Below, one piece after another: positions 10,478 to 19,392 of a stretch of DNA of 64,000 bases. Numbering within the stretch: position 1 is the first letter of the stretch; every line of letters begins with the position of its first letter. The notes below the pieces were generated by a model that saw only the letters and a program-made list of their open reading frames with translations, had not been told where the DNA came from and ran no database searches. Source of the stretch: Tubulanus polymorphus (Eukaryota; Animalia; Nemertea); NCBI RefSeq assembly GCF_964204645.1, contig NC_134030.1:16182110-16246109 (forward strand). Reading direction: 5' to 3'. The position numbers and the translations under genes are program-made.

Positions 10478-11628
10478 TTATATATTTTTAATTTTACTTG
10501 ATAATATCCATTCATTAAATTTATCTGGCCATCCAACCCATTTTACTAAAGAATATTTTTTTCTTTTAACAGTTTTTGTTTTTAGTACTTTTTCAATTTT
10601 ATATTCTTGTTCTAGATTTTCAGTAGTTAAACTTAATTCTTCTTCATAAAAATATCCATCAACTTCTTCACCATCTAAATCTTCTAATTTATAGACATAT
10701 GGTTTTGTTGTTATTACCTTTTTTATTTTATATATTTCTCTAGTAAAATTTCGATCGTATCCTTTATCAAATATCTTTTTATACTTAGAAATTCTAACAT
10801 TTTGACCAACTTTAAATTTAGGTTCACCAAAATCATCTACAAGAAATGCTCCATATAAATTATTCCAAACAATTACAGCATTTTCAGATTTGCTAGCATC
10901 AATAGGTTTCATTCCAATAGAAGAATGATAAGAATTATTATATCCTTCTATCAATTTTGGTAAAACATCAATCCATTTAAAAGTATTATTTGCTGTAAAA
11001 TATTTCCACATTCTTGTTCTTAATGTTCTATTAAATCGTTCAACAACTGCTGCTTTTTTATCTGATTTTGTTGAAAAATATTTAATATTATGATTATCTA
11101 AGAGTTCATGAACAAGTGAATTATCAAATTCTTTTCCATCATCAAATTGAATTTTTTCTGGTTTTAGTTTACCACCTGAAAGAAATTTTCTTAAAACATG
11201 TGATGTTTGTGCAGCATCTTTTCTATAAAGTGGGAAACTCCATACATAACGACTAAAAATATCAATTATATTCAATAACCACCAATAATCATCATTATCT
11301 TTCTTAACATTTTTCATATCAATTAAATCTCCTTGCCACTGTTGATCTACATAACTTACCATAGTTTTACGAGTTTTATATTTTCTAACAATTTTTTTAT
11401 GTGTTGTATGTTGGTTGTTCTAACATAAATTCATTTATATCTTTATATTTAACTAAATTTTGTGGGATTATCTTATCTAATTTATCTTGTTTTACTTTAC
11501 GCCATATATTTTTAGTAGAAGAATAAGCAACCGAACTCTCAGGGTTGTAATATAAATTTCTTAAATATTGTTCTTTAGTATTAGGAGTATACTCTAGTTT
11601 AGTATTTAGGAGTTTTTTTACAACCCAT
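10478..11628 (-). pseudogene. DDE integrase with chromodomain; core ORF 10478-11362 intact, N-terminus frameshifted
   Basis: WQGDLID, QFDDGKEF, VERFNRTL; chromodomain YKIEKVL..LVKWVGWPDKFNEWI; upstream KEQYLRNLYYNPES and TAAATG at 11628 are not in one continuous frame. Confidence 0.88.
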
Positions 11629-11658
11629 TTATATATCCTTAATTTTAACTTTATATTT

Positions 11659-12906
11659 CTAATATTGAATACTATCTAATTGTGAATTTATAATATTTAA
11701 TTGCGCATCAGATAATATATAAATATGCATTTCAAAATTTTTGATTCCCTTTTTCTTTTTCATAAATAATTGGATCCCATCTTTTGTATTTTGTAATTTT
11801 TTCCCAGAACCATGTAATAAGTTATCTTCAGTTGTTCTAAAATCTACCCATAATGCAAATTTATTACCGGTATAATAATCAATTTGATTAATGTTACAAT
11901 TTTCAAATGATTTTACTTTTTCATTCATAAAATGTTTTTTAATTTCTACCCATTGATCTATCATTCTCATTCCTTGACAAAATATTTTATTTGCTATTCC
12001 TTCGATAGTTATTTCTACTTTTGTTATTTCAGGATTATAATAATTGTCAAAATTTATTGCGCCATTAGTATACGTTCCAATAGTAAAAAATATTAATATA
12101 CCTTTAATAGATCTTCTTGGGAAGTTAATATTCTCATTAATAATTTCATCATTTGCATTAATAGTTACAGTTTTAAATTTATCAATATAATCATATAATA
12201 ATGAAAATCCTTGATTGTATTGAGTTTGAATTATACTTGAAATATTTTCATCAGTTACTGTATCATATTCTAAACATATATTCGATAATTTATAACTCAT
12301 ATCTTTAACAACGCTAGATAATACAATTTCATTTACAGGAGCAAATGTTATCTCAAATATAATATCTTCTTGAATTGCGTATTTATATAAAGGTGCATTA
12401 TTATTTATCAATTCAAAGTCTAATGGAATTTTATATTTGCTTCCATATATACTTTTTATCAATTTATCTACATCATTTGTTAATATTGCGCTATTAGCTT
12501 CTGATCTTAATTTATTTTGGTTTTCTGATTGGATGCCTTGAAATATCATATTATTTCTATTTTCTTTATTTAACCATAAATCTTTATAATGCATAAATAA
12601 ATTATAATCATCTAATGAGAAAACTGTTTCTGGACCAATCTTTATTGTTAATTTTTTAATCAAATATCTTCCAACATTATCAACGACATAATTATTATTA
12701 TTACCGATTACTTTTATATCAGCTGATAAATAAATACTGTTTGGAACATAAAAAGTATTTTGTGTTAATCGAGGGATTCTAACATATAAAGTTTCATCGG
12801 GATTAATATTTGAAGGGTAATGAGTAATTATATGATGTGATCTTTCTGCTTTAATAGCATTAGATATTCTATGATTCTTAGAAGGATTGATATAACTCCC
12901 ACTCAT
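11659..12906 (-). CDS. Major capsid protein (double jelly-roll)
   Basis: 415 aa, beta-rich, LSNICLEYD and WVDFRT motifs resembling Polinton MCPs; most conserved gene across both families. Confidence 0.82.
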   Translation of the reverse strand: MSGSYINPSKNHRISNAIKAERSHHIITHYPSNINPDETLYVRIPRLTQNTFYVPNSIYLSADIKVIGNNNNYVVDNVGRYLIKKLTIKIGPETVFSLDDYNLFMHYKDLWLNKENRNNMIFQGIQSENQNKLRSEANSAILTNDVDKLIKSIYGSKYKIPLDFELINNNAPLYKYAIQEDIIFEITFAPVNEIVLSSVVKDMSYKLSNICLEYDTVTDENISSIIQTQYNQGFSLLYDYIDKFKTVTINANDEIINENINFPRRSIKGILIFFTIGTYTNGAINFDNYYNPEITKVEITIEGIANKIFCQGMRMIDQWVEIKKHFMNEKVKSFENCNINQIDYYTGNKFALWVDFRTTEDNLLHGSGKKLQNTKDGIQLFMKKKKGIKNFEMHIYILSDAQLNIINSQLDSIQY

Positions 12907-12949
12907 TTATTTAACAAAAAAATTAATTATTTATTTTTGATATCATGGT

Positions 12950-14395
12950 TTACTTGATATTTTTTGATATCATATTCACTAAACCAAAAATAATAGCACT
13001 TACAACTGTAATTAAAAATAAAATAATATGTTCAGCAGCAAAGTTAAGAATATTACCTGCAGATTTCAATATAAAACCAACAATTGAAGCAATAACTCCT
13101 GGTAATGCTGCAGCAGATTTTTTAGATAGTTCCCATAAATATTTTGCTAATTTCTTTAAACCATCCTTAACTTTATCTTGTATAGAATTATTGCCTGGAG
13201 GTTTATCTGGTTTATTGGGAGTGGGAGTAGGAGTAGATTTTAAAGCATTTGATATAGCTAAACCTATTGTTGTAAATACCATAGTTACAGATGTTAGAAT
13301 TGAAAGAATTGTTATTCCTTCTAACTTAAATAATAATTTTATTCTGTCTTTTAATGATATTTTAGAATTTGGTTTTATCAACAAATCTTTAAAAATAACT
13401 TTTAATCTATTAATATTATAATCATATGATTTTAATAATGTATCTCTTTCTTCTTTTTGTAATTCTTTGTTATATTTTAAATCATCTATTTCTTTTTCTA
13501 AACGTAATTCTTTTTGTTTATATTCTATTTCATCAATTACTTGATGATCTAAATCAGACTTTAATTGTTCTATTTCTTTATTTTTATCAGTTAATTCTTT
13601 TTCTAAAGTTCTAATTTTAAAATCTCTTATACTTTTATTATGTGCAATTTTATCAGCTTCATTTCTTATACTAATAATTTCTCTAATTGCTTCATCAGAA
13701 AATATATTTAAATCTTCTAATTGTTGATTTGTTGCATCAAGTAATCCATTTGGTAAAAGTTTATCAGTTTGAACTTCGCTTGAATTAGGTCTACTAGTTT
13801 TGGAAGTTTTATCTTCTTTAGGAATTGTTTCTGGTTCTAAATTTTCATTAATTATCTTCAAAAAATCATTATTTCTTCGATTAAATTCTTTTATATTATC
13901 ATCTCTTTCTTCTTGTGTAACATCAGTTATAACATCATCAATGATTTTCTTAATTCTAGATTGTTCTAATTTAATAAAAGTTGATTTTGTTATTATTTTA
14001 TCAAGACTTTTATTAGAAGAAATCTTAAAATAATAGTCATTTTTCAAATGCCAATAATAATCACCATTTAAATATTTCAAATCTTTTACTAAATAATTCA
14101 CACCTTTATTTGTTATATTGAATCCAGATTTTTCTAATATTGGTTTGAATTTATCAGTTAATTCGTCATATTCTAGTTCTTTTTTCATTAAATCTGGATT
14201 TTCATTTTCAATGTCCAATCTTGAACGTGCTTTATTAACATATTCATTAGTATCAGGTCTTGTTAAATTAGAATTATATGCTGTTTCATTACCATCATTA
14301 AAACTTGTTTCATCAAAATCAGGTGGTTGTTCATCAGTTATACCAGGTTCATCAAAAGGATCCATTCCAATATCTTCACCACCTTCTACTTCCAT
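12950..14395 (-). CDS. Acidic N-terminus/coiled-coil protein with C-terminal amphipathic and TM helices (putative membrane-active virion protein)
   Basis: 481-aa intact ORF; AAALPGVIASIVGFILK..AEH C-terminal block conserved in elements 0, A and B. Confidence 0.75.
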   Translation of the reverse strand: MEVEGGEDIGMDPFDEPGITDEQPPDFDETSFNDGNETAYNSNLTRPDTNEYVNKARSRLDIENENPDLMKKELEYDELTDKFKPILEKSGFNITNKGVNYLVKDLKYLNGDYYWHLKNDYYFKISSNKSLDKIITKSTFIKLEQSRIKKIIDDVITDVTQEERDDNIKEFNRRNNDFLKIINENLEPETIPKEDKTSKTSRPNSSEVQTDKLLPNGLLDATNQQLEDLNIFSDEAIREIISIRNEADKIAHNKSIRDFKIRTLEKELTDKNKEIEQLKSDLDHQVIDEIEYKQKELRLEKEIDDLKYNKELQKEERDTLLKSYDYNINRLKVIFKDLLIKPNSKISLKDRIKLLFKLEGITILSILTSVTMVFTTIGLAISNALKSTPTPTPNKPDKPPGNNSIQDKVKDGLKKLAKYLWELSKKSAAALPGVIASIVGFILKSAGNILNFAAEHIILFLITVVSAIIFGLVNMISKNIK

Positions 14396-14411
14396 TTATA
14401 TAATAAAAAAA

Positions 14412-15557
14412 TTAAAATTTAAAATATAATATTCCTCCGATTACAGTTCCTATACAAGTTATAGCTAATTTAGTATTTTCATGGGATTTATTATCATCAT
14501 TTAGTTTAATTATATCATGTTGAATATTATCAGTTTTTATATCTTCTGATGTATTGTAATCTTTTATTTTAGAATCATTATTTAATTTAATATTCTTAGT
14601 TTTAGTTTCTGTTGATTGAATGTGTTTTTTATTTTTTTCACCTTCCATTAATTTTGGAGCAGTAATAATCTTTTTATTTATATTATTTAACCCAAATGAA
14701 TTATTTATTGTTGCAGTTTTAATTAGATTATTATAACCAATTATATTTCCCATCTTCAATACTAAATCATTAGAAATAATTAATAGATTAGGGCCTATAC
14801 AATAATTAAGTCTTACATGAGATTTATCTAAATAATTTTGATATCTTATAATGTTTTCTGGAATCGATCTATTTTTATCATTATGTATGGAATCTTCAAA
14901 TAAAACTTTAAACTGTTTCTGCGCATCGAATGAAGTGTTATCATTTCCAATTATTGGGGATCTTGTTTCAACTTGAGCGCCTAAAATACATATCAAATAA
15001 ATTCTAATAGATTGATTTATTCTTTGTATACCTGATTTTGTAAAACCTTCACCATTTTCTAAAATGAAATTAACCCAACCATTATTATTATCAATTTTAT
15101 AATTATGATAAGCTGAAATTCTATGCATATAATCAATTCTTTTTTTTTCATACTCTTCACCAACACCTTGCAATTTACCATGCGCTCTAAAATCGGAATT
15201 AATATTTATATTAAATTCATTACATATTTTATAAAACTTGGATATATTAATATTATTATCCAATTCTTTAAAATATTTAGACCCGGGTAAAGGACATTCT
15301 AATTCATTTAATATTATTCTGATTTGAAAATATGTGTGAAATCTAAATATTGTGTGAATTAATTTTAAATCAGAATACTTCAAATTTTTATCTAAGTTAT
15401 TTAAATGATCATTCCAACTAATTCCACATCCTGTTGTTGCACAATAAACAGCAAAATTTAATTGATTCTGCCAATATTTCATATTAGATTTTACTTTATA
15501 TATATGATATTCATCTTGAGTAAAAGTAACTTCATATGTATTAAATATATTTTCCAT
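14412..15557 (-). CDS. Conserved Polinton hypothetical protein (QLNFAVYCATTGCGIS motif), C-terminal TM
   Basis: 381-aa ORF; homologous fragments in B and D. Confidence 0.75.
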   Translation of the reverse strand: MENIFNTYEVTFTQDEYHIYKVKSNMKYWQNQLNFAVYCATTGCGISWNDHLNNLDKNLKYSDLKLIHTIFRFHTYFQIRIILNELECPLPGSKYFKELDNNINISKFYKICNEFNININSDFRAHGKLQGVGEEYEKKRIDYMHRISAYHNYKIDNNNGWVNFILENGEGFTKSGIQRINQSIRIYLICILGAQVETRSPIIGNDNTSFDAQKQFKVLFEDSIHNDKNRSIPENIIRYQNYLDKSHVRLNYCIGPNLLIISNDLVLKMGNIIGYNNLIKTATINNSFGLNNINKKIITAPKLMEGEKNKKHIQSTETKTKNIKLNNDSKIKDYNTSEDIKTDNIQHDIIKLNDDNKSHENTKLAITCIGTVIGGILYFKF

Positions 15558-15712
15558 TTTAGAAATAAAAACTGTGATTCATTAACATAAATTTCTAAAT
15601 TAGTTAATGAATTTAAAACTACATTTTTATATGTAATATTTTTCTTAAAATCTATTGCCGGAATATTATATTTAATTGATTTATTATATTGGAAAGCTTT
15701 TGGAAACCCCAT
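15491..15712 (-). CDS. 73-aa ORF; possibly the frameshifted N-terminus of 14412-15557
   Basis: Has the ATAAATG start that the overlapping 381-aa ORF lacks. Confidence 0.5.
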   Translation of the reverse strand: MGFPKAFQYNKSIKYNIPAIDFKKNITYKNVVLNSLTNLEIYVNESQFLFLKWKIYLIHMKLLLLKMNIIYIK

Positions 15713-15728
15713 TTATATAACTAAAAAA

Positions 15729-16163
15729 TTAATAATTTATTAATTCTTTTAATAATTTATCTTGTTCTTCAACTGTTATATGACCATTTAAACTTATTAT
15801 ATAATCTAGTGTGTTCTTTAATTTATTTATTTCTTTTATATTAGTTTTGATTTTTTCTTTATTACTTTTTATATTTAATTTTGAACTTATACCAGTTAAA
15901 ACACTTGAACTTAATCCTAATACACCAATTGATATAGCTAAAGGTGCTAATGGGCTGAATATTGCTAGAAATGTTATTACAGAACTAATTGTAACCGAAC
16001 CACTTATAATAAAATAATATATAATTTTACTTTTTAAATATTTTTTCTTTTTTATCTTTAAGTCACTTTCAAATTCTAATATTTGTTTTTCTAAATATGT
16101 TTTTAATTTAGTTTTATTTATATCATGAGGAATAATATCAATACTATCAACTTTATCTTCCAT
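15729..16163 (-). CDS. Two-TM coiled-coil protein (144 aa)
   Basis: Two hydrophobic helices; ATAAATG start. Confidence 0.7.
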   Translation of the reverse strand: MEDKVDSIDIIPHDINKTKLKTYLEKQILEFESDLKIKKKKYLKSKIIYYFIISGSVTISSVITFLAIFSPLAPLAISIGVLGLSSSVLTGISSKLNIKSNKEKIKTNIKEINKLKNTLDYIISLNGHITVEEQDKLLKELINY

Positions 16164-16182
16164 TTATTTAGAATAAAAATTA

Positions 16183-16605
16183 TTAATTAGTAAACTTATA
16201 AGCAACAAATATAACAATAACTGTTCCACCTAAAATCCATATTATTTCATATTTCTGTTGTTCTTTACTTGGGGTATAATAATCTGATAATTTAGGTTTG
16301 TATAGATGTAATTTTTCTTTATTGGTTACTGTGTTATATAAACTCATTGCATCATCAACTGATTGAAAATCTCTATGTGAAATCTTCTGATCATATAATT
16401 CTTTATTGATGTAATCCATATAGTTTTGTCTCTTTTCTCTATATTCTTCTGCAGCTTTATTGTATTTCTCTAACGCTAAATTATGTCTTCTTTGTTCTCC
16501 TAATGAACTATTTTTATCAATATGTTTAAATAAATAACCACCACCAGTAAATGCTAAAGCGTTAACAATTGCTGATCCTATAATAGTTATAATTGCAGAA
16601 GCCAT
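16183..16605 (-). CDS. Conserved 140-aa protein with hydrophobic termini
   Basis: NALAFTGGGYLF..RHNLALE; one residue different in B. Confidence 0.75.
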   Translation of the reverse strand: MASAIITIIGSAIVNALAFTGGGYLFKHIDKNSSLGEQRRHNLALEKYNKAAEEYREKRQNYMDYINKELYDQKISHRDFQSVDDAMSLYNTVTNKEKLHLYKPKLSDYYTPSKEQQKYEIIWILGGTVIVIFVAYKFTN

Positions 16606-16630
16606 TTATTTAGCAAAAAAAATTATGTAT

Positions 16631-16852
16631 TTATATGGGAGGAATATATTTTTGTTTTTCCAAATAATCAATAGTTAAATTAGATAAAGTAACCGCTAAT
16701 GTTAACTTTAAAATATCATTTATATCAAATCTATCAACATTAACACTTCCCATTTTGAATACTTTTTTTAATACCATTGAATAACCAACAGTTCCAACTG
16801 ATAGTAATGCGCCATTATATAATCCAGTTATTATCCACTTATTATCACTCAT
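16631..16852 (-). CDS. 73-aa small membrane protein
   Basis: Identical in B; TAAATG start. Confidence 0.7.
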   Translation of the reverse strand: MSDNKWIITGLYNGALLSVGTVGYSMVLKKVFKMGSVNVDRFDINDILKLTLAVTLSNLTIDYLEKQKYIPPI

Positions 16853-17212
16853 TTATTTATCAAAAAAATTACTATCTTCAAAATATTTAGTTAACTTAGT
16901 GATGATTATTTCAACATTTATTTCATTACTAGTTTTATGATTATCATATATTTCAATTATTATTTTTTTAATATCATCGATGATAAAATCTTCATCTAAT
17001 TTATAAAATCTTAAAGATTCTCTAATTAAATTAGTAATCTTTTCTACATTTAAAGTTTCTTTACCTATTGTTGTTTCATACTCAAATGTTGTTTCATTAG
17101 AAAATACAACATTTTTGATATGTGTAATTACATCATTCATGTTAAATTTCATTTCTTTCTCACGTTTAAAATCAAATCCAAAACATATACTCGGTCCAAC
17201 AGTTATATTCAT
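16853..17212 (-). CDS. Hypothetical protein (119 aa)
   Basis: Conserved in B; stop abuts next start as TAAATG. Confidence 0.7.
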   Translation of the reverse strand: MNITVGPSICFGFDFKREKEMKFNMNDVITHIKNVVFSNETTFEYETTIGKETLNVEKITNLIRESLRFYKLDEDFIIDDIKKIIIEIYDNHKTSNEINVEIIITKLTKYFEDSNFFDK

Positions 17213-17228
17213 TTATATAGGTGAAAAA

Positions 17229-18026
17229 TTACTCTTTACATCTTATAACTAATTCATAAATTACAGGAAAGTTATTCAAATCAATTAAATAACCATTATG
17301 ATTTCTTATTTCTAATTTAAAATTATTGAAATGTGGAATACAAGGTTTAAAATCACATTCAGCTAAATTATAATTTATTTGCGTTCCAAATTGTTTAACA
17401 TTTTTTAATGGTAAAATGTTTAGTAAACCAGAATTACAAATTGTATCTTTAGTTGCTTCAAAAGTTTTTGTAGGATCGATTAAATTACAATAAATATAAA
17501 AGTGTGTAAAAGGTATTATATTTGAGTTACCATGTTTGTTTCCACCAAATTGATTTGGAGTTATTCCTAATAGTTTAGCTATAGGTTTTTTTACTGTGTA
17601 AGTATGTCTTCTTGTCATCAATGGATTAGATTTATCAAGTTTAATAAGTTCATCATCAAGCTTTATTTTAATTTCATTAGAGCTCTCACTTTTTATGAAT
17701 TTAATATTAAATTTAGAATTACCATTACCTAATCTAATCCGAGCTTTTCTATTAATTTCTTGCTCTAATGTTTCTAAATCATATAATCCTGGTGTAAGCA
17801 TAAGTTGAATCCATTTTTTTTCAAGTTTATCAAAAATAAGAAGGCTTCTATGTTCATCAGTTTTATCTGATATATTATAAAAAGAATTACATAAACTTAT
17901 ATTTACTAATTTTAAATCTACACAATTCTTAAATTCTCTATCTAATTGTACTAATAAATTATGAGATTTATAATTTATAAGTTTTCTAGAATCAACAAAT
18001 ATTCTGTATTCTTTTAATTCTACCAT
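17229..18026 (-). CDS. Minor capsid protein (penton, single jelly-roll)
   Basis: VDSR N-terminus, PGLY, YIYCNLI, and EIRNHNGYLIDLNN C-terminal motif resembling Polinton/NCLDV pentons. Confidence 0.72.
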   Translation of the reverse strand: MVELKEYRIFVDSRKLINYKSHNLLVQLDREFKNCVDLKLVNISLCNSFYNISDKTDEHRSLLIFDKLEKKWIQLMLTPGLYDLETLEQEINRKARIRLGNGNSKFNIKFIKSESSNEIKIKLDDELIKLDKSNPLMTRRHTYTVKKPIAKLLGITPNQFGGNKHGNSNIIPFTHFYIYCNLIDPTKTFEATKDTICNSGLLNILPLKNVKQFGTQINYNLAECDFKPCIPHFNNFKLEIRNHNGYLIDLNNFPVIYELVIRCKE

Positions 18027-18094
18027 TATTTATAACATAAAAAAATTACCGCTCATCATTAAAAATTAATTTTAATAAAATTTTTCCTAAATAA

Positions 18095-19392
18095 ATGGAT
18101 GAGAAGATAGCATGTGAAATTTGTGGTGAACTTCTAAGAAAAAGTAATAAGGCTCGACATATGAAAAAACATGATGAAAATTATAAACCCCCTAAAATAA
18201 ACTGCCCAAAATGTAATAAATTATTCTCAAGAAATTATGTTAAAAAACATTCGGAGAAGTGTAGAATTAATGGCGCAACGGCTAATGTTGATAGTAATTC
18301 TGCTGAAGTTGAACCTGAAGTTATTTGGAAAAGACCTTTCTTATTCTATGATAAGGATAATATAAAAGATCATTTCTGTGAGCCTTGTCGAATGAAATAT
18401 AACCCTGAAAATATAGAAGATTGGGAGAATCATCAATTTCGTAAAGCACATATAGATAAAATTTCTAATAAATATGAAACTGAATTTAATGAAAGAAAAG
18501 ATAATTTATTAGAAAAAATAAAATATGAGAAAACGTTACCAGATAATGAAGAAACAGTTGAAAAGTTAGAAAAACAATATAATGAATTAACAAGAAAAAC
18601 ATATTATTGTAAATATTGTAAATTGATTATTACAACAAGTAATTCAAATCTACATAATAGAACAATAAAACATAAAGAAAACGTAAGAAAATACCAAGAG
18701 CTTAATGAAGATCTATTACCAATAAATTATAAACAAAAATGCCCACAATGTAGTTATGCGACCTTAAGGCAAGAAGGTACTGTGTTATTTTGTGTTGATT
18801 GTGGATGGCAAAAGAATTTATGGGGTGAAGAAAAAACTAGAGATTTTCTCATAGATCCAAAATTAAATTATCTTGATGAAATTTTTAAAATATTTTCTAT
18901 AGAAGATCATACACCAGAATATATGCAATGGCTTGAAAAAATGAAAATAATAGAAAATGAAAATGGTGAAATAACTAAAAAGATATTATAAAAACAATTA
19001 TTCCACCAACATTTAACACAAAACAAAAAATGTATTTATATTTATTATTTAACGATTATTATGAAAAACCTAAATTAACAGAAGAAGATATGAAAAATAT
19101 AAAAAAAATATTCAAACAAATATTAATGTATCATTTGGAAAATAGAATAACAGATTCAATAAATTATGAATTCTTTTTAAATAAGATTGTAAATTATTTA
19201 AACCTAGATATTATAATTCCATTTGATGAATTAACAAACAAAAAGAAACAAAGAGAGCGAGATGAAATGTGGAACAAGATAGAACTTTATTTAAATGAGA
19301 AAAATGGAATGGAAGAAGAACCTGAACAATTAAATGAAAATGAAGAAGCCAATAATGATTTCGAGTATGATGATATTGATTTTATGTTTTAA
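18095..19392 (+). pseudogene. Multi-Zn-finger protein (one gene frameshifted at ~18980)
   Basis: C2H2 and C4 motifs; element B has one extra A that joins the two ORFs in frame. Confidence 0.75.
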
